Notes under the pieces: generated by a model | Databases searched by the model: none | What the model saw: only the letters and a program-made list of their open reading frames with translations | Told to the model about the DNA's origin: nothing | Program-made: the position numbers and the translations under genes | Assembly: GCA_002633005.1 (NCBI GenBank) | Contig: NMRA01000202.1 | Coordinates: forward strand, 435,977-499,976 | Length of the DNA stretch: 64,000 bases | Origin: Phoronis australis | Taxonomy: Eukaryota; Animalia; Phoronida | Direction of reading: 5' to 3' | Part shown: positions 11,601-25,033 of the stretch, piece after piece | Numbering within the stretch: the stretch's first letter is position 1 | Layout of the letters: every line of letters starts with the position of its first letter

Positions 11601-13770
11601 TTTGCCGGATGGCATGTAGTGTGGGCGCTCTCCTAAATGGAAGACATAACTTCGGTACTCATTCTGGTTTGATCAGACAGATATAATATATAGAATGTCT
11701 AGGCTTTGGCCTCTCGGTGACATACCCCCAATGTACATAGTAGGTTGACATCAATTCCCGCCTAATAAACCACATGAAAGAATGATTTGCTCTTCTATCA
11801 TATGATGCTGTGATTCAACAGCGCCTTCTCACTCACTTGAGGGGAAAGATGACTGTGCCTTCTGAGAGTGATTTTTTTAGTCGAGGCGAAAACCCTCTTC
11901 CCCAATCGCTACTCATCAAAAATGCTGTAACATGAGCCAAAACCGTCAGTTCGCATAAATGATTTTAACCAAATAGATTTTTTTGTCATTGGAGAAGAAT
12001 TTTGGGGCCTGATGAGGGTATATTTGAGTGACTCCTAGATGTGAATTGAAGTTCACATGTACCTTTATACTTTTAGTAATTGCCGAGATTACCCAACCTG
12101 GGAACCGTTAATAGGGTTGAACTGCTCTATCGGTCGATCATCTATTTGCTAACTACGCCGATCGCGATCGCAGTAATTGTCGATATTACCACTATTACTG
12201 CACTCACATAGGCGGATTTAGGGGGGGGGCCAGGGGGCCCGGGCCCCCCCCCTTGGCTGTTGCAAAAAAAATAAAACAGTAAGAGCGTAGGGAAATGGTG
12301 AGTTTATTAATTAACCCCGGTAATTAAAATTATATGGATGAAAAAAGATTTAAATGTGTGCAGTTTNNNNNNNNNNNNNNNNNNNNNNNNNNNNNNNNNN
12401 NNNNNNNNNNNNNNNNNNNNNNNNNNNNNNNNNNNNNNNNNNNNNNNNNNNNNNNNNNNNNNNNNNNNNNNNNNNNNNNNNNNNNNNNNNNNNNNNNNNN
12501 NNNNNNNNNNNNNNNNNNNNNNNNNNNNNNNNNNNNNNNNNNNNNNNNNNNNNNNNNNNNNNNNNNNNNNNNNNNNNNNNNNNNNNNNNNNNNNNNNNNN
12601 NNNNNGTCATTGCCAACACGAAAAACGGATTTGGTCTTTTGGGCATTTTAAGACTATTTTAAATACGACAAATTTGTTAAGAATTGATGGCACAAAACGT
12701 GTAATAAGCATTACAAAAAGAAGTAGGTTTCGCGCGCAAACGCTGTGGACCATAAACAAGTAGGTCTCTTAATTTGAGTTTACTAGCTAAGTCGTGGTGG
12801 TGTAGTGGTAACGCACGCGCGCTCTGTGCGCAAGGTTGTGAGTTCGAGTCTTTGGTACTTGCAGCTTTTCCTGTTTGACACGTTCTCCGTGTTTTTTGCC
12901 TTTTTTTCTTGGTTAATACTTCAGGAATCAAGGAAAATACTTGATTTTTAGAGGTCAAAACAGAAAAATTTCCTGGGCAAACCCCCCTCCCGACCTCCCC
13001 CCATTCGGTGCTATGTGCATCTACAATCGTGGTTCAGTGTGCGCAAATGCTTACAGCCGGACAAAATGTTGGGCCCCCCCCCTTGTGATATCCTAGATCC
13101 GCCACTGACTCAACCTGGGAAACCAGCAACCCCAATTAAACTGGCAATCGTGCTAACCATTTGACTTACCGGCAGGCTCAAATGATTAAGTGGAAGCACG
13201 CCTACAACTACAGTAAGACGTACTTGGCCGTTAACGGTTGGTCGAGACTTGACACCGCCTGAATTTTGAGGCCTGGCTGACGCTGAGGCTGAGGCTGACA
13301 CTGAAGGGCTATGTTGGCCGTGTCAATTACCGACTACTGGATTATCAACTTTAAATAAAAAACATCGTGTGAAACATTAACTTGGTACTAGGGAAAATTC
13401 AATAAATGCACTACGTTAAAAATATACTCAAATAGCTCATTGTCGCTCAGAAAGTTGAAGCGAAATTCCTTCTTTCTACTGATTTTAAAACTGTCCGCTC
13501 AGTGACGGTCTCGTTTATCTCGCGAGATAGCACAGCCTAATCCAGACCGTCTCAGGCAGTGATCTACTTACCGTACCTGTACGTCTATTTAATGTCCACC
13601 TGAGCATCGCGTGTAGTCAATGAGGGGTCATCACCTTGACCTTTCTTGTACCTGAGACCACAGATTCATGTGCCTGTCGTATACATTGTAGATTCGTATT
13701 CGCCGCAAATGATAGGAACCTCACCACCAGCTGGTACATGTATAAGCTAGAGTACAGGGAAAACACCTAG
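2513..13770 (+). CDS. AQP8: Aquaporin-8-like MIP channel, paralog A (6 coding exons, ~330 aa)
   Basis: join(2513..2642,3959..4262,5132..5258,7313..7530,7987..8121,13692..13770) = 993 nt, all GT-AG and phase-consistent. Translation has [48 protein letters not shown]. First coding exon is less certain (alternative start at MDPETNQK in exon 2). Confidence 0.9.
3959..4262 (+). CDS. AQP8-like A exon (TM1-TM2)
   Basis: ttttccag acceptor; RPLLAECYGLLIFVFMG...ALAHGLTIFFLVASLGHI; AG|GTACAG donor. Confidence 0.9.
4446..4596 (+). mobile_element. 151-bp MITE (Harbinger-like), CAG flanks
   Basis: Imperfect TIR ..CGTTCAGTA / TACTGAACG..; family copies at 52100-52249 and 62273-62423. Confidence 0.75.
4659..4716. 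repeat. (GTA/GTG)n simple repeat
   Basis: Direct reading. Confidence 0.8.
5132..5258 (+). CDS. AQP8-like A exon (first NPA, TM3)
   Basis: tttgcag acceptor; [12 protein letters not shown]...YIVAQLVGS; ATG|GTAAGG donor. Confidence 0.95.
6156..6410 (-). pseudogene. Possible Ty3/gypsy pol (RNase H end) fragment
   Basis: EYDLSMKNQPGAMGILSDALSG resembles the EYDFxIxYxPGxxNxxADALSR motif; no other pol domains recognised. Confidence 0.35.
7313..7530 (+). CDS. AQP8-like A exon (TM4-TM5)
   Basis: Polypyrimidine + cag acceptor; GLICECLTT...LAPLAIGITVGVDILA; AC|GTAAGC donor. Confidence 0.93.
7987..8121 (+). CDS. AQP8-like A exon (second NPA, TM6)
   Basis: tttag acceptor; [33 protein letters not shown]; AG|GTAGGT donor. 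Confidence 0.95.
8254..8430. repeat. (ATC)n microsatellite in an AQP8-like A intron
   Basis: Direct reading; source of poly-I/S/M ORFs. Confidence 0.95.
12207..13107. mobile_element. Non-autonomous DNA transposon, TIR CA(T/G)(A/T)GGCGGAT(T/C)TAGG, 5-bp TSD ACTCA
   Basis: TSD at 12202-12206 and 13108-13112; contains the N gap and a tRNA-like A/B-box segment ~12795-12855. Confidence 0.75.
12367..12605. other. Assembly gap (239 N)
   Basis: Run of N. Confidence 1.
13692..13770 (+). CDS. AQP8-like A terminal exon
   Basis: ttgtag acceptor, phase 2; RFVFAANDRNLTTSW aligns with paralog [16 protein letters not shown]; TAG stop; AATAAA at 13877-13882. Confidence 0.8.
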
Positions 13771-16700
13771 ACAGCTGCCTCACGAGGAAACACCGACGCT
13801 ACAAAAGGTCTGGTGTCCGAATTGATGCCTCTTTGTCTGCGTGCCGCGGCGATGAAACACGTTTTAATCATCGTAAAATAAACGAAACTGTATTGTCTAT
13901 ACATACAGAGCTTGTTTTATTCCATGACAAGTAATTAAGTAATAGGCTCCTGACGTAATTAGGAGTGCTCACAATCATGGTGTAATTGATCAGAATGAAC
14001 TGCCGATAGAGCAGACGATTTACAGGAAAATAGATCCAACATTCAGTACACAGTGTTTAACTCTTGAAATACTAAAGTTTATCTTGAACGGTGACATATT
14101 TCAATTCGATAAAAAACGTACTCTTGTCAATTCACGACAAAAATCCGACAGAACTTTCATAAACGGTTTCGTGAGGTTTTACCATGCAATAGGAGAAACT
14201 GGAATGCCAGCTCCCATTACGAGCAGCCGTGGTTGCGTCGCACATGTGTGGATAGTTGTTTACTTCCGTTTCCTCCGGTGTTGATTTTGCTATGGATAAG
14301 GTACAGGGCGAAATCTATTTCTTAGGCTCGCATGAACTCAGTTAAGAGCTATCATCACCGAAAACTACTTCCGAAATGACTTCATAAATTTGCAGTATTC
14401 TACAGTCTAAGTAGCCCAAGTTGTGAAACTGATGACCATTTGCTTGCGGTCCGGGACGCGGAGGGCGTGTAACGCAGTCACACAGACAGTTACAGTGATT
14501 TCAAAAGTTTTCTTTAGAAATATATCCTCATGGTTCAGCGCCTAGTGAGCGCCAAAACCATAATAAAATTTTGCTTAGGATCGATGATAACAAAACTATT
14601 AACAAAATTGCCTCAAAATTATTTTGAAAATAGGACACTTCCCACTGGCTCTACAAAATTGACACTAGGCCAATGGGCCAATGAGAAGTGTCCTATTTAC
14701 ATTGGTATTGTTACTATAAATTATCGTAACATTGTCATTTCTCAGTAGTATTGCAAAAGAGTCGTATCGTAAGAAATCTCTTGATGAGCTCTTGATGCTG
14801 TTTGATTACATCAAAGAAGAAAGTAATTTACTTAATTAAAACATACTGATCAATATTTTAGTCATGTATGACATGTAACAAAAATATTTTAACTCTAAAA
14901 ATCAATTCTATTTCCGATAATCAGTCAACTAATTGATTGATGTGATTAGCACATTAATATAACTGCGGAATGTTTGTTTTTCAACAGTGGCAAAAGTTTC
15001 CCGTTAAAACTGTGAAAGAACAAAACAACTCAATTCACTTTCAAGACTTTGATTTATTTAATTTCAGATTTTTATAAGTTGTAGTGAGGTTTAAACACAT
15101 GAAGAAAAGTGGAGTGATTGACTGTAAAGAATAAAAACTGTAAAAACTGTAAATATGAAAAAAGGAAAATATTATTGTAAAAATGGTCAAAAACCAAACC
15201 AAGAAACCTAGATGTAGAACAAAAATAATTTTAGATACCTGTAAGAAGAATATAATATCTAAGTTGGTGCAAAGTAAACACTTTTACAACCCGAAAACAA
15301 CTAGCGTCTACATAAAATGCACTACAACTGCAACAATCGTTTGTCCCAGGCTGAATCGGTGATATTCGTCAGCAATACTTTCCATTTCAACGGCATCAAA
15401 CTGTGCGAGTTTTCCAGAACGATTGAGAGCTGCTGAACGGAAAAATGTATTTTTTATCTGCTGAGGTGAAAGCCAGTCTTATTTGGAGAAATGAAATTCT
15501 TGTTTTTGTTCATGACCTAAGAAGTTCTGGTTGGTTCAGCCTTGTTGTCTGTTGTTTCACCTTTACAAAATATGGGGGTGACGCTATCCGAAAACTATGT
15601 TTTCAGCTACATAACAACTAACTTGACCCAACTGGATTCAGTGCATTCTATTCTTCCAGCAATTCTTCCAGCGTTTCCAGTGACATCTCAAACTCAAGCT
15701 TGGGTTTAGAACCTTTCTTGGGTGGGCACATATTTTACTTTTGCTTGGCCTCCATCTGATTCCAAGCTGAGCTCGATGATTTGCACAAGCAGTCAATTCT
15801 AGGGGCAAACTGTTGTAAACAAGCCCACTCTGGCAGGAAGCAGCTGCCACTCCGTCGGCAGGGAATAGGACCTTGTCGTGATTTTAATATATTTCAGATG
15901 GTCTGTGATGGACCTACTGTAATTAGCTAATGCTTCAATTGCTAACTTGTTTGGGTATTCCTTTGAAGCTCCACAAACCAGATTGAAAGAACAGAATGAT
16001 GCTAATTGAACACACTGTCACTGCTTCATCCAATGGCTTCATCCACCTCGGCAGCCATTTTCTTCCTTTAGCGATATCAGTGACTCCTGGAAATAGTAAT
16101 TCACAGAAAAAGAAAACAAATATACGGATTTCATTGAATTTTATGTGCTAAAAATACACCAAGAAATTTACAACAATCTTGAGAAACTTTGGATATCAAA
16201 ACTCAACATTTTCGCTGATTAGTAGCAATTGTCACAGGAGTTCACTTTGGCTGAGGTGACTGTGAAAAATGACTCATTTCTATATGAAAACATGTGTAAA
16301 GAGGCCTTCATCCTATAAGCTATAGATATGGCGGTAGTTTTGAATCCACACATCTATTCCAATTTGTCTTCGGATGAGATTCACTAATTGCAAACTAGGT
16401 AAGTTTTCTATCTGCTTAGTTGACCCCATGATCCTTCAAACACAAAATGCGGAAGTTTAGGCGCAACTTCACGTTTTTATTTATTACTTTTACGAAGACA
16501 ATGGATGACTTTATGCAAAACACGGACTATTTCAGTTACCAGTAGCTTCTGTAATTACTTACAATACTTTTGGTTAAGTTTTGATACAGATTTTCAGAGA
16601 AAATTGAGGTAGCTGACTTTTAAGCTACCTAAAGCGATATAATTTGTTTCCAATGCATTATAGTAATTACCACAAGAAAGTAAACAAAAATGCATAATAT

Positions 16701-19135
16701 AATTCAAATCCGTGACATAGGGCTTGTCACCCCTGTACGGATTTTTGTTTGGTCTGAAGAGTACTGCATAGCGGCTGCAACACTCAGGGCAGGTTTTCGA
16801 GTGATGTACCTGACAAGTGAAATACTTAGTATTGAATAGCCGGTCGAAATAATACCACTCACAGTCCTTCACATGCATCTCTCTTGGTGATTTCTGGCTC
16901 TTGGTATGACTTAAGTCCATAGACAGTGGCCCATGAAGTACATTGAGACTTCTTGAGTTCAAACAAAAACAGACGCGAGTCTAAAAGTCTCCGGGAACGG
17001 TCGGTTATGACTTGGAAAGGTATAGTAAGCAAAAATAGATCAACACGGAAAGTGCATCATTTATTTCCAATTTCAGGTAAGTTTCTTGAGTCACTGAAAC
17101 GCAAGACAGCATAAAATGTCGGTTTCAAAACCCTTGTACTATCCTGAAAAGACGTAGTTATATGATCAGAACTTTCGAAGCCATGTTGTTTTGGTCTGCC
17201 TCGTGTGTGCTTTGTTCTGCACCAAACAAGGTCAGTGTCGGAAAAAGTTTGACTGGCACTGGTTTTAGTTCTATATTTTTTATTTGGTTGTTCTATTTGT
17301 TTATTACCAGATAAGCACTTAATTGGTCAGAGCCAAGGTCAGTGATTATGAAATTTGTTCACAACACGTTTCTGGAGAACTTAGAAGGTTACGACTTCGG
17401 CCTGGAAAGTTCTCGAACCCACTATGTTTGTATTACGTTTGTGCAGGTTCTACAAAGTTCTAGACTGTGTTTGAATTGCTATTTTGTTTTTGTCCTCGTC
17501 TGCCAGTAGTCACTTAATGCGTATAGTGTACATGTCTGCTGCTGTATCATGCATGCATGTGTATGATAAAATAAAGTGGTGCACATACACCTGAATTCAT
17601 GTATTACAGATCTCTAGGATGTCGAAAGACATAAGGCACAAGTACATTTTTTCATGGAAGATGCTCCGACCTAACAAGTAATGTATTGCAAAAGAAAAGT
17701 GTCCGTAAAGGGTAGGGGCGATACCTCTTAACTATTTGCGTTTTATATTCTTTTTCTCTCTGTCTCGGTTCTCGTCTCACAGAGGACTGGGCTTTGAACA
17801 TTCAGTTAAAATATCAGCTAGGGATGATTAAGCCTTGACTACAAGACTCGAAGCAAAACCACGCACCCTAAGAGCTCTCACCATTCACAAAGGCCTGAAA
17901 AATTGAAAGTTCTTTCTATCTCCCCTTTTCTATTGGCTGTACTAGACCACATTTGACCTAACTAAAATAGAGCAATGGTTCATCCCTATCCCCTGTGTAC
18001 GACTGGAGCACACCACCCCACGTATATACCGATACATGTATTGACCTGACTTAAAAATATTACGCAGGTTTGTCTCTACCTGATGGTTATGGCAGGAATG
18101 CGCTAAGTTGCGTATAGCTGGGGTTGTTCCCTCCTGAGCGGAAGATAGTTGATACATTGTTTGATCCTTAGGTAAGCGTCCTGTGTGAGACGCCCGCAAA
18201 AACGTGTTCTTTTGCGCAGCATCTGTCTCTTGTTAAGAAGTCGACGGCTTCCCGGGTAACAATCACGTCGTATTTTATCAGCTCACGAGCGGGCGTACAT
18301 TGGATTAACCGATAAGATGACTTTAGTAAACAGAAGATGTACCTCAGTTAGAAAGTTAGAGAGACAGAAAACGAGAACGGTAAAGCTTCTTTCATTTCAT
18401 TTAAATGTCATTCAAATGAAGTGCATTGATATTACGGTGATAATCCATAGTTTTACGACATCCACCCTTGGCAGTTGAAGTCAAAAAGAGATTCGTGATC
18501 GGTTATTGCGAAAATTTGACTCATGGATTGCTGGATATTGACCTTATAGTGCACTGGCTTTTATCGCGTACTCCGAAACTCTCTCCGGGGCATAACACGA
18601 TTGTGCATATGTCACGTCTTGTCATCCTACAGGTGAGACAGAGTTTCATAATGAGCACAGATATTATTTTTATTGCTGTCACTGCCGTACAGAGCTGTGA
18701 TAATTAAGTTATTGCTGTCGATTACATGTAACACGGGTCAGAACTCGTTCTTTCTCTTGAAAAAACACTTCTACTTTGCTTCGTCGTTCAACGTGACGTT
18801 AGATGACGGTTATTTCATCATAATTATCGAGCCCATAATTAATAACATGTATATGGTTCGGGGCTCATAACCACCGAATACATCTCATTGTTGATACCAT
18901 TTTGTAAATCATTCGCTAGAATGGCGCCACCGGGTACGCAAAGCAGTATGCAGAATGAGTGGTATTTTAGAGTTCACTGCGGAAAAGCCGCATATGGTAC
19001 GCGTTATTGATACCCGAAATGTTCCTTGCGATTGGTCATTTTGAAGTTAAGCCTCCAGTATTGTGTGGCAGTCAATAGCTGTTGCCTTGAGCTAGGGTAC
19101 GGTCACTTCCTGAATATTGTAAAATTTGGCCTTAA

Positions 19136-19515
19136 AAGGGAACTGTATTTTATTCTGAATAAATTCTGGTTAGTTTTCTATGAATTGTTGATTAATTTCA
19201 CAAATAATTCAACACCAAATATTAAACTTATATTCTCTAACGAAGCTAAAAAAATTACCGGCTTGGAGCGCTGCTTAGTTTCGTGACGTATTTGGCGGGG
19301 GCCAAGTCACTGTCCTGTGTCAGCGTGCAATCAAGTAGCGTTTTTCATATTGTCGGAATAAGAAATTTTAGTGTGAAATGTCGGGTCACCAGGGATAACT
19401 GTTTGAGCCGAGGCAACACAAAGTGATACCCAGTCATCGTCATCGTCAGACGAAAAAAATTGCCGGTGCAACCAGTCCGTATCAACAATTTACACTGGTG
19501 TGACTGTGCCGAGGG
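19136..19515 (+). mobile_element. Truncated TTAA-inserted KolobokP-like element with degenerate P2X7-tail-like ORF start
   Basis: Begins right after TTAA (19132-19135); absent from the duplicate flank; frameshifted LFEPR...SSSSDE...RINNLHWCDCAE. Confidence 0.6.
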
Positions 19516-22500
19516 NGCGATTGGTCATTTTGAAGTTAAGCCTCCAGTATTGTGTGGCAGTCAATAGCTGTTGCCTTGAGCTAGGGTACGGTCACTTCCT
19601 GAATATTGTAAAATTTGGCCTTAAGGATAGCCTTTCTTGGATTAGGCCTATTAAGTTCTTTACAATACATCCACGTACAGCCGAAATACCAGTTAAAGGA
19701 ACATGTGTAAAACGTGATGACAGCCGGTCACATTCTCAGTAAAATGATTTCTTGCAGCAGCAGAATGCAGTGAACGTGGAATTTCTGGACGTGGTAATCA
19801 TTGCTTTGTTTGCATTAGAGTGCATACACACATAGGCTTCAACTTGTATAAACGAGTTCATTTAGATAACCTGAAACGTACCACACTACCTTTACCCACG
19901 TGCATGCAATTGCTGTTAATTACAATGTTGAAAATTGTTAAGGTTAATATTGAAAGAGACAAGGAATAAGATAAAGCACAGATATCTCAGGTGTGGATGA
20001 CTAACTGTTGCTACGGAATTATAGCAGAGGAAGAAAGATATACACGCAAACAATAAACAGATTGTCATGTTAAGTTATCAGGGAACAAATGGGGTGTGTG
20101 TACTGTTAGAAATCTGCGCTCCATCAAAGAAACTAACTTTTATTTAAAACTCTTGCCCCTGTTACGGCATATCTCTACTTAATCTTCACTATCCCTGAGA
20201 CTGGAAAGAACTGTCACTGTCACTATTTTTCAAAGTAAGTGATCAATTCGGGTGATTTCACTTGCGGCGCTGGTGTATTTTTGTCTAATTTCAAATGTGT
20301 ATGTAGAAATCGTCATAAGCGCTTTGTATGGAATCGAACTGACTTTCGACCGGTTTTGGCTACCTTCATAAATCCAAGGAAATAAAACACGAGGCACGAA
20401 AATTGATCTAATTTTTGTTTTTTTTTCCATTGTAGAAATTTCTATTTTGTAACGTGGTATGTTACAGGCATCCGTTAACCCCATTCTACGCCTTGTACCG
20501 CATATGTTTTATAAGCCCATGGGCCTAAGTCCGGAAATCCTTGTTTCAAATAGCTTTAGCAAAATTTTTCCATAAAGAGACGCATGCGCTTAAAGTTCAC
20601 TTCCGGCATATGCAGCTCTACGCTTACAACAAAGACTTCACTATGTGGTGAAATCGTAACTAATGAATGTTATAATGTTCTTTTCAAGCTGCATTTCACT
20701 CTGTTAAGCTCCGTTGTTATCTCAAACCTTATTTAATGGCCTTTAACATATGTTTAAATTTAAAATTTTATGTTAAAGAAAGGTACATTCATACCAAAAT
20801 AACCCCTCGGTCGATTTTAAAGGAACCCATTTTAAATGAAACTTCACCAGTTACCTCAAAAACGCTGTTAGGAATGTTCGATTAGCCTTTTCGTTTGATT
20901 TCTCTGACAAATCAACTCGCAAAACGTAAGGTATTGTTGTTAAAAATGGAAGTCGTATTCGTCTTTGTTACATTACGCAAAAACAAGGCCTTCATATCAA
21001 AAATCCTAATGGCATTTTTGAGATTGATGAATAAACATTAAGTTTGGAAAGTTTCAGTGAAATCCATCGAGCCGTTTTTGAGAACTCGTATTCCTAAGTT
21101 CAAATTAAGCGGATTTGCTGAAGCCGAGAAAAAGCCGATTAAGTTGAGACGTGTGAAAATTTAAAGATTTTCGATTACTTATTCGTCGAAAACAGGTTTT
21201 CGGTCAATATAACCTATACATCCCTTAGCCGTGTTCATTATTTCAACATTCACGCGCAATGTCGACTGAATTTGCAGTGAGTAATTAACTTAATTATGAC
21301 AAAAACGTTTTATCAGCCAAGTCAAGACACAATAATTCATCGAATCTAACAAGGCTATACGGACGGAGCCAATATATTCAGTAGATTAAGCTGGTGCATT
21401 GTGGTCCACTTTAAAGTAGGTCAACAGTTCATTGTTAGACACACTACGCGCTGGAAGACTGATATGAAAACACAGTACGAAATGGGTACAGAAATCGGGT
21501 CGGTGGTTAAAGGCACTTTCTATCATATGTTCATGTCGTTGACGCAATATTATGTCGACTCGGTAAATCAAAGGACTGAGGGTACATACGGAGCTGTTCT
21601 GTGCCTGGCAGGAGATTCCATTTGAGGGACAGCCCGTAACCTTTGACCTCGGATAAGTAGTAAAGAAATTTCCACGGGGTTGTGCGGTTCCAAGGTGGTT
21701 CTGCAAAATCTTTTTTCTCGGTACACGGTACAGTATATATTTCGTATTTGAAGTTCCACGAGAATGAAGATAAGGTATTTTGCTAGACATATGTGAAGTA
21801 TTGTAAAAATGGTAATTTTTTTAACAAGGCTTGAGATGTCCTTAAACGAAAATCGATTTAGACATTTTACTGTCTTAAAATTGACCTCATAATATCCCTT
21901 ACCGCATTGCTCGTACATGCAGCTTGGTTTGTCGGCTCATTCGGCAACAATTTAAGATCGGGTGGGCGTTATAATGATTTTAAACATCAAAGCGCTTCTG
22001 TTTAGAAGTCAACATTGGCAGCTTAATACTGAAGAACCGTGTTTTGGTCGCCTTGGTATGTTTTTCCAAATTCAGACCATCGGTCCTTCAGACAAATGAC
22101 CCTTCATATTATGGACCATGATCGATTCTTAAAATTCCAAAAAATAGAGATATTCCTTTGCTTAAGACTTACTAGCGACTATTAATTTGATATAGTAACA
22201 ATACAAATTATAGAACGATTAAGTGCATGCTTTTTAGTATAAAGAACCAATTGTCCGAAAACATTCGAACTAGTTAAAATAAGGAATTCCTTGCTTTGTC
22301 GTTCAAACACAGCATGCGGTGAAGAAATTCGTGAAAAGACATAGCAGAGGAAAAAATTTAATCTTCGGTTTTTACTTGTTCTATGTGATGTATTGTTCTT
22401 TATGTTGTAAGGATATGTAGCTGCGGCCACCCAACCCCAGTCATTTATCCACTAATCATTAATTATATGGTTTCTGGGTGAATAAATGTATTGAAAAAAT

Positions 22501-22831
22501 AGAAAATTAAGAACGCCGGCTTTTAAGAGATAAAAATCACCGACAATCAGTATTTTTCTTGCAGTGGTGAGTTTAGTGGGACTTCCACTATTCGAGTAAG
22601 TCAATCTTATTTTGGAAACAAAAGTGAAAGACATGACATGTGTTGTTTATATAATCAAAACAACACTAAAGAAATAAAAAATAACATTGATGATCACGTT
22701 TTTAATGATCATGCATTTTAAAATTGTATGATTTCAAATGAGAATTATTTTCAAGGAATGCATGAGTGATTAGTCTGAGCCAGGAGCGATTTGGTTCATT
22801 GTGTATCACGTTAATGTATGATAATTACAGA

Positions 22832-23082
22832 CATGCGCGCACCCACCCTTTAATTTGGGAGGGGCTCGAATTCTTGACGTCGTGGACCTTATCCTAACAA
22901 AACAGCGAGCGGACTAAAAAGACTGGAGCACCACTGTGAAGTGCGCGTTCGCGCTTATTTAGTGTTCTTTTGTTCCGTTATCTCGGACTTTTTGTCGCTC
23001 AGAGGCGGACCTTTTTTACCTACTTCGCCAAATGGGGGGCTCATTTGAGCCCCCCCCCGAGCCCCCCATGGGTGCGCGCATG
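22832..23082. mobile_element. MITE, TIR CATGCGCGCACCCA, 5-bp TSD ACAGA
   Basis: Perfect 14-bp TIR; ACAGA at 22827-22831 and 23083-23087. Confidence 0.85.
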
Positions 23083-24107
23083 ACAGAGAGATGAGTTAAC
23101 CCCACCATTCAGATGTCTCTCTCATGAGCATCCGTGGTCATGTTACCCTAAGTTTTACTCCGGTTTTTCACTCATAGGGTATGCCCAATTCCAGATCAGC
23201 AGACGCGGCTCCTTATACAAAACAGGCGGTTATCAGATTAACTTTGCGTAAAGGAGGCTTTTGATCAACTGCCTTGTGACATTTTACCAGACAAGTTGAA
23301 ACTGAAAGCTTAGAAAGTTATTGCTGATAAAATACGTTTTGAAAACCGAGAATGATTCTATTCGACTAAACATTTGTCATGTACCAGCACATCGCGTTCG
23401 ATTGTAATATAGGCCCACATTGCAGTGATGGGTGTTAGAGCATTCACGTATTAATGTCAGATAAATATTTGATGATGACTTGTCCACTTTTTATCGTTAC
23501 TTGGGCATGTTCTAATGTGATACGAAATCAAACAGGTAGTTGTTTTTCAAAATGTAGTTTTTCGGTTTTGAGCCAAGTTATTGATCACCTATATTAAGAA
23601 TCATTTATTAAACAGCTTGATTAGACCACAGTTGACGCATATAATGACCTGTCGTGAGCCATCTATCAAGTACTAATTATTTCCAAGATCACCTCCAATT
23701 TGAATTAGGAACAAGTCGTGACCAAGATCATTATAAAAGGACGTGATGCAATAATAAGTTTGACGGGCGGCGATGTTACAGCTACTTTTAAAAGTTATTT
23801 ATACCAAATGCTTTCGGAAATTGCATACAGTCGTATTCTGTGGCATCGTTTTAATCTCATTATATGTTATTAGGTCTTGCTTGTGCCGCTCAATTGCAAA
23901 GCACAACAGGATCGAATTTCGTAATGAAGATTTACCGAGTGGGATTTCGGTGAGGAGAAACAACAAAACAGAATTAAATATTGAAAACTTGAAAATTTTT
24001 ATTGTAGATTGAATGCCTTTTTGCTTTTGATTTGACTTGAAATGTATAATGGCCTAACTTTGAACACCGTCTGCTTTAGCACTGCTGTCAAACTGCCGTA
24101 GGAAATC

Positions 24108-24358
24108 ATGGCTCCGGACGAGATCAGTTTAACGGAAGGGAGTACCAACTTGCTGGATATAGTAGGAAAAGAAGAAAAGATTGAAGACTCTGGAAGAATT
24201 ACGACGGCATTTCGATCCTGTCTTGCAGAGTTTTTCGGACTTGTGATGTTCGTGTTCATCGGTGGAATGTCGGCGAGCTCCGGTGGAGGTATCGTAGCCG
24301 TCGCTCTTGCGCACGGATTTACCATCTTCCTTCTCGTGACGAGTTTGGGTCATATCAG
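24108..24358 (+). CDS. Second (probably allelic, assembly-duplicated) copy of AQP8-like B coding exon 1
   Basis: Near-identical to 24783-25033, inside a 674-bp duplication split by a single N at 24665. Confidence 0.6.
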
Positions 24359-24782
24359 GTACAGTGTTACCTTGCAATGGCGTGAATGCACATGCAACAG
24401 AGAGGTATCGCAAAACGATGTGAACGTGAATTATCACGCATTTATAATACCGCGTCGTGCATGCCATTGTTAGCTGTGACGTATCCCGATAGTGTTTGAG
24501 TATTTTACGCGAACACAGAGAGATTCGCGTCGCTTTAAACGCGAAACCTGTGGTCCTTTTTAATTCTTATTTGGTAAGACATTGAAATTATTTTAATTTT
24601 GATAGTGTTCTCAATCATTCTTCTTTGCTTCAGTATAAATGAACATGGTTCTTTTGTCTCTAAANGAAAATTTTTATTGTAGATTGAATGCCTTTTTGCT
24701 TTTGATTTGACTTGTAATGTATAATGGCCTAACTTTGAACACCGTCTGCTTTAGCACTGCTGTCAAACTGCCGTAGGAAATC

Positions 24783-25033
24783 ATGGCTCCGGACGAGATC
24801 AGTTTAACGGAAGGGAGTACCAACTTGCTGGATATAATGGGAAACGAAGAAAAGATTGAAGACTCTGGAAGGATTACGACGGCATTTCGATCCTGTCTCG
24901 CAGAGTTTTTCGGACTTGTGATGTTCGTGTTCATCGGTGGAATGTCGGCGAGCTCCGGTGGAGGTATCGTAGCCGTGGCTCTTGCGCACGGATTTACCAT
25001 CTTCCTTCTCGTGACGAGTTTGGGTCATATCAG
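24783..25033 (+). CDS. AQP8-like B coding exon 1
   Basis: aatcATGG start; [17 protein letters not shown]...[18 protein letters not shown]; AG|GTACAG. Confidence 0.9.

Noticed and set aside
12334-12763. ORFs rich in X
   Set aside because: Artefacts of the N gap
16550-17608. Possible solo LTR (TGTAA...AATAAA...TTACA)
   Set aside because: No matching TSD or second LTR found
23999-25028. Minus-strand ORFs over aquaporin exons (also 7324-7521, 32342-32572)
   Set aside because: Antisense shadows of real coding exons
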